NCBI GenBank assembly: GCA_918797485.1
Contig: CAKKNE010000001.1
Coordinates: 2,604,001 to 2,668,000 of the forward strand
Source of the DNA: Pelagomonas calceolata
Taxonomy: Eukaryota
Direction of reading: 5' to 3'
DNA: 64,000 nucleotides
Positions within the stretch are counted from its first letter, which is position 1, and every line of letters begins with the position of its first letter. Both the position numbers and the translations under genes were made by a program. Positions 10,301 to 22,300 of this stretch are shown here, piece after piece. Below the pieces are notes generated by a model. It did not search any database. It was not told the origin of the DNA and saw only the letters and a list, made by a program, of their open reading frames with translations.

Positions 10301-13300
10301 GCGGCCCCCGTGCCGATCTCGATCGCGCCGCTGTTGCCTGTCTTGGAGGTGCCGGTGCTGAAGACCAGCGTCCCGCTCGCGCCGCTCGCGCCGGCGTTTG
10401 CCGTGGCCAGCCTGACCGCCCCGCTCGACGTCTGCGTGCCCTCTCCGCCGCGGAGGGCGACCGCGCCGCCCGTCGCGACCGTGCTTCGTCCGCTGATTGC
10501 CTCGAGAGCGCCGCCGGCGCCGCTCGTGCCGCCGCCGACGCCGACGACGACGCCGCCGCCGCGGCCCGCGGTGGCGGCCCCGGAGCCGAGCCGGAGCTCG
10601 CCAGAGTTGCCCGTCGTCGAGGAGCCGGAGCTAAAGCTCAGTCGTCCGCTCGTGCCGCCCGTTCCGCCGTTGGCGCTCCGCACCGCGACCCGTCCGCCGC
10701 TCGTCGCCGCGCCCTCGCCCGACGCGACCGCCAGCGCGCCGCCCGTCTTCCCGGCGCTCCGTCCGCCGGCCGCGCTCAGGGCGCCGCCGGCGCCGCTCGT
10801 GCCGCTGCCGACCGAGATCGAGACCCCGCCGCCCCGCCCGGCGGTCGCGGCCCCGGTCCCGACGCGGATCGCGCCCGTGTTTCCGCCGCGGGCCGACCCG
10901 GAGCTGAAGACCAGCACGCCGCTCGCGCCGCTCGCGCCGGAGTTTGGCGTCGAGATCGCGACCGCTCCGCTGCTCGTCTGCGTGCCTTCGCCGCTCGTCG
11001 CCGAGACCGACCCGCCCGTCGCGATCGTGCTTCTCCCCGCGGCCACCGCCAGCTCCCCGCCGGCGCCGCTCGTGCCGCTGCCGACCGCCAGCCGGACGGA
11101 GCCGCCGCGGCCGGCCGTCGCCGCGCCGGACCCGACCAGCACGGCCCCGCCGTTGCCCGCCTTCGACGTCCCGCTGCTGAAGGCGAGCCGCCCGCTCGCG
11201 CCCGAGGTTCCCGCGTTCGCCGTCGCCACCACGACCGCGCCGCTGCTCTTCGCCGAGCCGGCGCCGCCGCGGACGCTCAGCGCCCCGCCCGTGGCGCCGC
11301 TCGAGGAGCCCGACTCCATCGCGAGCTCGCCGCCCGCGCCGCTCGTGCCGCTGCCGACGGCGAGGCTGATCGCGCCGCCGCGCCCGGCGGTCGCGGCCCC
11401 GTGCCGATCTCGATCGCGCCGCTGTTGCCTGTCTTGGAGGTGCCGGTGCTGAAGACCAGCGTCCCTTCGCGCCGCTCGCGCCCGGCGTTTGCCGTGGCCA
11501 GCCTGACCGCCCCGCTCGACGTCTGCGTGCCCTCTCCGCCGCGGAGGGCGACCGCGCCGCCCGTCGCGACCGTGCTTCGTCCGCTGATTGCCTCGAGAGC
11601 GCCGCCGGCGCCGCTCGTGCCGCCGCCGACGCCGACGACGACGCCGCCGCGCCGCGGCCAGCGGTGGCGGCCCCGAGCCGAGCCGGAGCTCGCCAGAGTT
11701 GCCCGTCGTCGAGGAGCCGGAGCTAAAGCTCAGTCGTCCGCTCGTGCCGCCCGTTCCGCCGTTGGCGCTCCGCACCGCGACCCGTCCGCCGCTTCGTCGC
11801 CGCGCCCTCGCCCGCGCGACCGCCAGCGCGCCGCCCGTCTTCCCGGCGCTCCGTCCGCCGGCCGCGCTCAGGGCGCCGCCGGCGCCGCTCGTGCCGCTGC
11901 CGACCGAGATCGAGACCCCGCCGCCCCGCCCGGCGGTCGCGGCCCGGTCCCGACGCGGATCGCGCCCGTGTTTCCGCCGCGGGCCGACCCGGAGCTGAAG
12001 ACCAGCACGCCGCTCGCGCCGCTCGCGCCGGAGTTTGGCGTCGAGATCGCGACCGCTCCGCTGCTCGTCTGCGTGCCTTCGCCGCTTCGTCGCCGAGACC
12101 GACCCGCCCGTCGCGATCGTGCTTCTCCCCGCGGCCACCGCCAGCTCCCCCGCCGGCGCCGCTCGTGCCGCTGCCGACCGCCAGCCGGACGGAGCCGCCG
12201 CGGCCGGCCGTCGCCGCGCCGGACCCGACCAGCACGGCCCGCCGTTGCCCGCCTTCGACGTCCGCTGCTGAAGGCGAGCCGCCCGCTCGCGCCCGAGGTT
12301 CCCGCGTTCGCCGTCGCCACCACGACCGCGCCGCTGCTCTTCGCCGAGCCGGCGCCGCCGCGGACGCTCAGCGCCCCGCCCGTGGCGCCGCTCGAGGAGC
12401 CCGACTCCATCGCGAGCTCGCCGCCCGCGCCGCTCGTGCCGCTGCCGACGGCGAGGCTGATCGCGCCGCCGCGCCCGGCGGTCGCGGCCCCGTGCCGATC
12501 TCGATCGCGCCGCTGTTGCCTGTCTTGAGGTGCCGGTGCTGAAGACCAGCGTCCCTTCGCGCCGCTCGCGCCGGCGTTTGCCGTGGCCAGCCTGACCGCC
12601 CGCTCGACGTCTGCGTGCCCTCTCCGCCGCGGAGGGCGACCGCGCCGCCCGTCGCGACCGTGCTTCGTCCGCTGATTGCCTCGAGAGCGCCGCCGGCGCC
12701 GCTCGTGCCGCCGCCGACGCCGACGACAACGCCGCCGCCGCGGCCCGCGGTGGCGGCCCCGGAGCCGAGCCGGAGCTCGCCAGAGTTGCCCGTCGTCGAG
12801 GAGCCGGAGCTAAAGCTCAGTCGTCCGCTCGTGCCGCCCGTTCCGCCGTTGGCGCTCCGCACCGCGACCCGTCCGCCGCTCGTCGCCGCGCCCTCGCCCG
12901 ACGCGACCGCCAGCGCGCCGCCCGTCTTCCCGGCGCTCCGTCCGCCGGCCGCGCTCAGGGCGCCGCCGGCGCCGCTCGTGCCGCTGCCGACCGAGATCGA
13001 GACCCCGCCGCCCCGCCCGGCGGTCGCGGCCCCGGTCCCGACGCGGATCGCGCCCGTGTTTCCGCCGCGGGCCGACCCGGAGCTGAAGACCAGCACGCCG
13101 CTCGCGCCGCTCGCGCCGGAGTTTGGCGTCGAGATCGCGACCGCTCCGCTGCTCGTCTGCGTGCCTTCGCCGCTCGTCGCCGAGACCGACCCGCCCGTCG
13201 CGATCGTGCTTCTCCCCGCGGCCACCGCCAGCTCCCCGCCGGCGCCGCTCGTGCCGCTGCCGACCGCCAGCCGGACGGAGCCGCCGCGGCCGGCCGTCGC

Positions 13301-16300
13301 CGCGCCGGACCCGACCAGCACGGCCCCGCCGTTGCCCGCCTTCGACGTCCCGCTGCTGAAGGCGAGCCGCCCGCTCGCGCCCGAGGTTCCCGCGTTCGCC
13401 GTCGCCACCACGACCGCGCCGCTGCTCTTCGCCGAGCCGGCGCCGCCGCGGACGCTCAGCGCCCCGCCCGTGGCGCCGCTCGAGGAGCCCGACTCCATCG
13501 CGAGCTCGCCGCCCGCGCCGCTTCGTGCCGCTGCCGACGGCGAGGCTGATCGCGCCGCCGCGCCCGGCGGTCGCGGCCCCGTGCCGATCTCGATCGCGCC
13601 GCTGTTGCCTGTCTTGGAGGTGCCGGTGCTGAAGACCAGCGTCCCTCGCGCCGCTCGGCGCTGGCGTTTGCCGTGGCCAGCCTGACCGCCCCGCTCGACG
13701 TCTGCGTGCCCTCTCCGCCGCGGAGGGCGACCGCGCCGCCCGTCGCGACCGTGCTTCGTCCGCTGATTGCCTCGAGAGCGCCGCCGGCGCTCGTGCCGCC
13801 CCCCGACGCCCGACGACAACGCCGCCGCCGCGCGCCCGCGGTGGCGGCCCGGAGCCGAGCCGGAGCTCGCCAGAGTTGCCAGTCGTCGAGGAGCCGGAGC
13901 TAAAGCTCAGTCGTCCGCTCGTGCCGCCCGTTCCGCCGTTGGCGCTCCGCACCGCGACCCGTCCGCCGCTCGTCGCCGCGCCCTCGCCCGCCCGACGCGA
14001 CCGCCAGCGCGCCGCCCGTCTTCCCGGCGCTCCGTCCGCCGGCCGCGCTCAGGGCGCCGCCGGCGCCGCTCGTGCCGCTGCCGACCGAGATCGAGACCCC
14101 GCCGCCCCGCCCGGCGGTCGCGGCCCGGTCCCGACGCGGATCGCGCCCGTGTTTCCGCCGCGGGCCGACCCGGAGCTGAAGACCAGCACGCCGCTCGCGC
14201 CGCTCGCGCCGGAGTTTGGCGTCGAGATCGCGACCGCTCCGCTGCTCGTCTGCGTGCCTTCGCCGCTCGTCGCCGAGACCGACCCGCCCGTCGCGATCGT
14301 GCTTCTCCCCGCGGCCACCGCCAGCTCCCCGCCGGCGCCGCTCGTGCCGCTGCCGACCGCCAGCCGGACGGAGCCGCCGCGGCCGGCCGTCGCCGCGCCG
14401 GACCCGACCAGCACGGCCCCGCCGTTGCCCGCCTTCGACGTCCCGCTGCTGAAGGCGAGCCGCCCGCTCGCGCCCGAGGTTCCCGCGTTCGCCGTCGCCA
14501 CCACGACCGCGCCGCTGCTCTTCGCCGAGCCGGCGCCGCCGCGGACGCTCAGCGCCCCGCCCGTGGCGCCGCTCGAGGAGCCCGACTCCATCGCGAGCTC
14601 GCCGCCCGCGCCGCTCGTGCCGCTGCCGACGGCGAGGCTGATCGCGCCGCCGCGCCCGGCGGTCGCGGCCCCCGTGCCGATCTCGATCGCGCCGCTGTTG
14701 CCTGTCTTGGAGGTGCCGGTGCTGAAGACCAGCGTCCCGCTCGCGCCGCTCGCGCCGGCGTTTGCCGTGGCCAGCCTGACCGCCCCGCTCGACGTCTGCG
14801 TGCCCTCTCCGCCGCGGAGGGCGACCGCGCCGCCCGTCGCGACCGTGCTTCGTCCGCTGATTGCCTCGAGAGCGCCGCCGGCGCCGCTCGTGCCGCCGCC
14901 GACGCCGACGACAACGCCGCCGCCGCGGCCCGCGGTGGCGGCCCCGGAGCCGAGCCGGAGCTCGCCAGAGTTGCCAGTCGTCGAGGAGCCGGAGCTAAAG
15001 CTCAGTCGTCCGCTCGTGCCGCCCGTTCCGCCGTTGGCGCTCCGCACCGCGACCCGTCCGCCGCTCGTCGCCGCGCCCTCGCCCGACGCGACCGCCAGCG
15101 CGCCGCCCGTCTTCCCGGCGCTCCGTCCGCCGGCCGCGCTCAGGGCGCCGCCGGCGCCGCTCGTGCCGCTGCCGACCGAGATCGAGACCCCGCCGCCCGC
15201 CCGGGGTCGCGGCCCGGTCCCGACGCGGATCGCGCCCGTGTTTCCGCCGCGGGCCGACCCGGAGCTGAAGACCAGCACGCCGCTCGCGCCGCTCGCGCCG
15301 GAGTTTGGCGTCGAGATCGCGACCGCTCCGCTGCTCGTCTGCGTGCCTTCGCCGCTTCGTCGCCCGAGACCGACCCGCCCGTCGCGATCGTGCTTCTCCC
15401 CGCGGCCACCGCCAGCTCCCCGCCGGCGCCGCTCGTGCCGCTGCCGACCGCCAGCCGGACGGAGCCGCCGCGGCCGGCCGTCGCCGCGCCGGACCCGACC
15501 AGCACGGCCCCCGCCGTTGCCCGCCTTCGACGTCCCGCTGCTGAAGGCGAGCCGCCCGCTCGCGCCCGAGGTTCCCGCGTTCGCCGTCGCCACCACGACC
15601 GCGCCGCTGCTCTTCGCCGAGCCGGCGCCGCCGCGGACGCTCAGCGCCCCGCCCGTGGCGCCGCTCGAGGAGCCCGACTCCATCGCGAGCTCGCCGCCCG
15701 CGCGCGCGTGCCGCTGCCGACGGCGAGGCTGATCGCGCCGCCGCGCCCGGCGGTCGCGGCCCCGTGCCGATCTCGATCGCGCCGCTGTTGCCTGTCTTGA
15801 GGTGCCGGTGCTGAAGACCAGCGTCCCTTCGCGCCGCCGCGCCGGCGTTTGCCGTGGCCAGCCTGACCGCCCCGCTCGACGTCTGCGTGCCCTCTCCGCC
15901 GCGGAGGGCGACCGCGCCGCCCGTCGCGACCGTGCTTCGTCCGCTGATTGCCTCGAGCGCCGCCGGCGCGCCGCTCGATGCCGCCGCCGCCCGACGCCGA
16001 CGACGACGCCGCCGCCCGCGGCCCGCGGTGGCGGCCCGGAGCCGAGCCGGAGCTCGCCAGAGTTGCCCGTCGTCGAGGAGCCGGAGCTAAAGCTCAGTCG
16101 TCCGCTCGTGCCGCCCGTTCCGCCGTTGGCGCTCCGCACCGCGACCCGTCCGCCGCTCGTCGCCGCGCCCTCGCCCGACGCGACCGCCAGCGCGCCGCCC
16201 GTCTTCCGGCGCTCCGTCCGCCGGCCGCGCTCAGGGCGCCGCCGGCGCCGCTCGTGCCGCTGCCGACCGAGATCGACCCCCCGCCCCCCGCCCGGGCGGT

Positions 16301-19300
16301 CGCGGCCCCGGTCCCGACGCGGATCGCGCCCGTGTTTCCGCCGCGGGCCGACCGGAGCTGAAGACCAGCACGCCGCTCGCGCCGCTCGCGCCGGAGTTTG
16401 GCGTCGAGATCGCGACCGCTCCGCTGCTCGTCTGCGTGCCTTCGCCGCTTCGTCGCCGAGACCGACCCGCCCGTCGCGATCGTGCTTCTCCCCGCGGCCA
16501 CCGCCAGCTCCCCCGCCGGCGCCGCTCGTGCCGCTGCCGACCGCCAGCCGGACGGAGCCGCCGCGGCCGGCCGTCGCCGCGCCGGACCCGACCAGCACGG
16601 CCCGCCGTTGCCCGCCTTCGACGTCCCGCTGCTGAAGGCGAGCCGCCCGCTCGCGCCCGAGGTTCCCGCGTTCGCCGTCGCCACCACGACCGCGCCGCTG
16701 CTCTTCGCCGAGCCGGCGCCGCCGCGGACGCTCAGCGCCCCGCCCGTGGGCGCCGCTCGAGGACCCGACTCCATCGCGAGCTCGCGCGCCCGCGCCGCTT
16801 CGTGCCGCTGCCGACGGCGAGGCTGATCGCGCCGCCGCGCCCGGCGGTCGCGGCCCCGTGCCGATCTCGATCGCGCCGCTGTTGCCTGTCTTGGAGGTGC
16901 CGGTGCTGAAGACCAGCGTCCCGCTCGCGCCGCTCGCGCCGGCGTTTGCCGTGGCCAGCCTGACCGCCCCGCTCGACGTCTGCGTGCCCTCTCCGCCGCG
17001 GAGGGCGACCGCGCCGCCCGTCGCGACCGTGCTTCGTCCGCTGATTGCCTCGAGAGCGCCGCCGGCGCCGCTCGTGCCGCCGCCGACGCCGACGACAACG
17101 CCGCCGCCGCGGCCCGCGGTGGCGGCCCCGGAGCCGAGCCGGAGCTCGCCAGAGTTGCCCGTCGTCGAGGAGCCGGAGCTAAAGCTCAGTCGTCCGCTCG
17201 TGCCGCCCGTTCCGCCGTTGGCGCTCCGCACCGCGACCCGTCCGCCGCTCGTCGCCGCGCCCTCGCCCGACGCGACCGCCAGCGCGCCGCCCGTCTTCCC
17301 GGCGCTCCGTCCGCCGGCCGCGCTCAGGGCGCCGCCGGCGCCGCTCGTGCCGCTGCCGACCGAGATCGAGACCCCGCCGCCCCGCCCGGCGGTCGCGGCC
17401 CCGGTCCCGACGCGGATCGCGCCCGTGTTTCCGCCGCGGGCCGACCCGGAGCTGAAGACCAGCACGCCGCTCGCGCCGCTCGCGCCGGAGTTTGGCGTCG
17501 AGATCGCGACCGCTCCGCTGCTCGTCTGCGTGCCTTCGCCGCTTCGTCGCCGAGACCGACCCGCCCGTCGCGATCGTGCTTCTCCCCGCGGCCACCGCCA
17601 GCTCCCCGCCGGCGCCGCTCGTGCCGCTGCCGACCGCCAGCCGGACGGAGCCGCCGCGGCCGGCCGTCGCCGCGCCGGACCCGACCAGCACGGCCCCGCC
17701 GTTGCCCGCCTTCGACGTCCCGCTGCTGAAGGCGAGCCGCCCGCTCGCGCCCGAGGTTCCCGCGTTCGCCGTCGCCACCACGACCGCGCCGCTGCTCTTC
17801 GCCGAGCCGGCGCCGCCGCGGACGCTCAGCGCCCCGCCCGTGGCGCCGCTCGAGGAGCCCGACTCCATCGCGAGCTCGCCGCCCGCGCCGCTCGTGCCGC
17901 TGCCGACGGCGAGGCTGATCGCGCCGCCGCGCCCGGCGGTCGCGGCCCCCGTGCCGATCTCGATCGCGCCGCTGTTGCCTGTCTTGGAGGTGCCGGTGCT
18001 GAAGACCAGCGTCCCGCTCGCGCCGCTCGCGCCGGCGTTTGCCGTGGCCAGCCTGACCGCCCCGCTCGACGTCTGCGTGCCCTCTCCGCCGCGGAGGGCG
18101 ACCGCGCCGCCCGTCGCGACCGTGCTTCGTCCGCTGATTGCCTCGAGAGCGCCGCCGGCGCCGCTCGTGCCGCCGCCGACGCCGACGACAACGCCGCCGC
18201 CGCGGCCCGCGGTGGCGGCCCCGGAGCCGAGCCGGAGCTCGCCAGAGTTGCCCGTCGTCGAGGAGCCGGAGCTAAAGCTCAGTCGTCCGCTCGTGCCGCC
18301 CGTTCCGCCGTTGGCGCTCCGCACCGCGACCCGTCCGCCGCTCGTCGCCGCGCCCTCGCCCGACGCGACCGCCAGCGCGCCGCCCGTCTTCCCGGCGCTC
18401 CGTCCGCCGGCCGCGCTCAGGGCGCCGCCGGCGCCGCTCGTGCCGCTGCCGACCGAGATCGAGACCCCGCCGCCCGCCCGGCGGTCGCGGCCCGGTCCCG
18501 ACGCGGATCGCGCCCGTGTTTCCGCCGCGGGCCGACCGGAGCTGAAGACCAGCACGCCGCTCGCGCCGCTCGCGCCGGAGTTTGGCGTCGAGATCGCGAC
18601 CGCTCCGCTGCTCGTCTGCGTGCCTTCGCCGCTTCGTCGCCGAGACCGACCCGCCCGTCGCGATCGTGCTTCTCCCCGCGGCCACCGCCAGCTCCCCGCC
18701 GGCGCCGCTCGTGCCGCTGCCGACCGCCAGCCGGACGGAGCCGCCGCGGCCGGCCGTCGCCGCGCCGGACCCGACCAGCACGGCCCCGCCGTTGCCCGCC
18801 TTCGACGTCCGCTGCTGAAGGCGAGCCGCCCGCTCGCGCCCGAGGTTCCCGCGTTCGCCGTCGCCACCACGACCGCGCCGCTGCTCTTCGCCGAGCCGGC
18901 GCCGCCGCGGACGCTCAGCGCCCCGCCCGTGGCGCCGCTCGAGGACCCCGACTCCATCGCGAGCTCGCCGCCCGCGCCGCTCGTGCCGCTGCCGACGGCG
19001 AGGCTGATCGCGCCGCCGCGCCCGGCGGTCGCGGCCCCCGTGCCGATCTCGATCGCGCCGCTGTTGCCTGTCTTGGAGGTGCCGGTGCTGAAGACCAGCG
19101 TCCCGCTCGCGCCGCTCGCGCCGGCGTTTGCCGTGGCCAGCCTGACCGCCCCGCTCGACGTCTGCGTGCCCTCTCCGCCGCGGAGGGCGACCGCGCCGCC
19201 CGTCGCGACCGTGCTTCGTCCGCTGATTGCCTCGAGAGCGCCGCTGGCGCCGCTCGATGCCGCCGCCCGACGCCGACGACAACGCCGCCGCCGCCGGCGC

Positions 19301-22300
19301 CAGCGGTGGCGGCCCGGAGCCGAGCCGGAGCTCGCCAGAGTTGCCCGTCGTCGAGGAGCCGGAGCTAAAGCTCAGTCGTCCGCTCGTGCCGCCCGTTCCG
19401 CCGTTGGCGCTCCGCACCGCGACCCGTCCGCCGCTTCGTCGCCGCGCCCTCGCCCGACGCGACCGCCAGCGCGCCGCCCGTCTTCCCGGCGCTCCGTCCG
19501 CCGGCCGCGCTCAGGGCGCCGCCGGCGCCGCTCGTGCCGCTGCCGACCGAGATCGAGACCCCGCCGCCCCGCCCCGGGCGGTCGCGGCCCCGGTCCCGAC
19601 GGATCGCGCCCGTGTTTCCGCCGCGGGCCGACCGGAGCTGAAGACCAGCACGCCGCTCGCGCCGCTCGCGCCGGAGTTTGGCGTCGAGATCGCGACCGCT
19701 CCGCTGCTCGTCTGCGTGCCTTCGCCGCTCGTCGCCGAGACCGACCCGCCCGTCGCGATCGTGCTTCTCCCCGCGGCCACCGCCAGCTCCCCGCCGGCGC
19801 CGCTCGTGCCGCTGCCGACCGCCAGCCGGACGGAGCCGCCGCGGCCGGCCGTCGCCGCGCCGGACCCGACCAGCACGGCCCGCCGTTGCCCGCCTTCGAC
19901 GTCCCGCTGCTGAAGGCGAGCCGCCCGCTCGCGCCCGAGGTTCCCGCGTTCGCCGTCGCCACCACGACCGCGCCGCTGCTCTTCGCCGAGCCGGCGCCGC
20001 CGCGGACGCTCAGCGCCCCGCCCGTGGCGCCGCTCGAGGACCCGACTCCATCGCGAGCTCGCCGCCCGCGCCGCTTCGTGCCGCTGCCGACGGCGAGGCT
20101 GATCGCGCCGCCGCGCCCGGCGGTCGCGGCCCCGTGCCGATCTCGATCGCGCCGCTGTTGCCTGTCTTGAGGTGCCGGTGCTGAAGACCAGCGTCCGCTC
20201 GCGCCGCTCGGCGCCCGGCGTTTGCCGTGGCCAGCCTGACCGCCCCGCTCGACGTCTGCGTGCCCTCTCCGCCGCGGAGGGCGACCGCGCCGCCCGTCGC
20301 GACCGTGCTTCGTCCGCTGATTGCCTCGAGAGCGCCGCCGGGCGCCGTCGATGCCGCCGCCGCCCGACGCCGGCGACGACGCGCCGCCGCCGCGGCCCGC
20401 GGTGGCGGCCCGGAGCCGAGCCGGAGCTCGCCAGAGTTGCCCGTCGTCGAGGAGCCGGAGCTAAAGCTCAGTCGTCCGCTCGTGCCGCCCGTTCCGCCGT
20501 TGGCGCTCCGCACCGCGACCCGTCCGCCGCTCGTCGCCGCGCCCTCGCCCGACGCGACCGCCAGCGCGCCGCCCGTCTTCCCGGCGCTCCGTCCGCCGGC
20601 CGCGCTCAGGGCGCCGCCGGCGCCGCTCGTGCCGCTGCCGACCGAGATCGAGACCCCGCCGCCCCGCCCGGCGGTCGCGGCCCCGGTCCCGACGCGGATC
20701 GCGCCCGTGTTTCCGCCGCGGGCCGACCCGGAGCTGAAGACCAGCACGCCGCTCGCGCCGCTCGCGCCGGAGTTTGGCGTCGAGATCGCGACCGCTCCGC
20801 TGCTCGTCTGCGTGCCTTCGCCGCTTCGTCGCCGAGACCGACCCGCCCGTCGCGATCGTGCTTCTCCCCGCGGCCACCGCCAGCTCCCCGCCGGCGCCGC
20901 TCGTGCCGCTGCCGACCGCCAGCCGGACGGAGCCGCCGCGGCCGGCCGTCGCCGCGCCGGACCCGACCAGCACGCCCCGCCGTTGCCCGCCTTCGACGTC
21001 CCGCTGCTGAAGGCGAGCCGCCCGCTCGCGCCCGAGGTTCCCGCGTTCGCCGTCGCCACCACGACCGCGCCGCTGCTCTTCGCCGAGCCGGCGCCGCCGC
21101 GGACGCTCAGCGCCCCGCCCGTGGCGCCGCTCGAGGACCCCGACTCCATCGCGAGCTCGCCGCCCGCGCCGCTCGTGCCGCTGCCGACGGCGAGGCTGAT
21201 CGCGCCGCCGCGCCCGGCGGTCGCGGCCCCCGTGCCGATCTCGATCGCGCCGCTGTTGCCTGTCTTGAGGTGCCGGTGCTGAAGACCAGCGTCCGCTCGC
21301 GCCGCTCGCGCCCGGCGTTTGCCGTGGCCAGCCTGACCGCCCCGCTCGACGTCTGCGTGCCCTCTCCGCCGCGGAGGGCGACCGCGCCGCCCGTCGCGAC
21401 CGTGCTTCGTCCGCTGATTGCCTCGAGAGCGCCGCCGGCGCCGCTCGTGCCGCCGCCGACGCCGACGACGACGCCGCCGCCGCGGCCCGCGGTGGCGGCC
21501 CCGGAGCCGAGCCGGAGCTCGCCAGAGTTGCCCGTCGTCGAGGAGCCGGAGCTAAAGCTCAGTCGTCCGCTCGTGCCGCCCGTTCCGCCGTTGGCGCTCC
21601 GCACCGCGACCCGTCCGCCGCTCGTCGCCGCGCCCTCGCCCGACGCGACCGCCAGCGCGCCGCCCGTCTTCCCGGCGCTCCGTCCGCCGGCCGCGCTCAG
21701 GGCGCCGCCGGCGCCGCTCGTGCCGCTGCCGACCGAGATCGAGACCCCGCCGCCCCGCCCGGCGGTCGCGGCCCCGGTCCCGACGCGGATCGCGCCCGTG
21801 TTTCCGCCGCGGGCCGACCCGGAGCTGAAGACCAGCACGCCGCTCGCGCCGCTCGCGCCGGAGTTTGGCGTCGAGATCGCGACCGCTCCGCTGCTCGTCT
21901 GCGTGCCTTCGCCGCTCGTCGCCGAGACCGACCCGCCCGTCGCGATCGTGCTTCTCCCCGCGGCCACCGCCAGCTCCCCGCCGGCGCCGCTCGTGCCGCT
22001 GCCGACCGCCAGCCGGACGGAGCCGCCGCGGCCGGCCGTCGCCGCGCCGGACCCGACCAGCACGGCCCCGCCGTTGCCCGCCTTCGACGTCCCGCTGCTG
22101 AAGGCGAGCCGCCCGCTCGCGCCCGAGGTTCCCGCGTTCGCCGTCGCCACCACGACCGCGCCGCTGCTCTTCGCCGAGCCGGCGCCGCCGCGGACGCTCA
22201 GCGCCCCGCCCGTGGCGCCGCTCGAGGAGCCCGACTCCATCGCGAGCTCGCCGCCCGCGCCGCTCGTGCCGCTGCCGACGGCGAGGCTGATCGCGCCGCC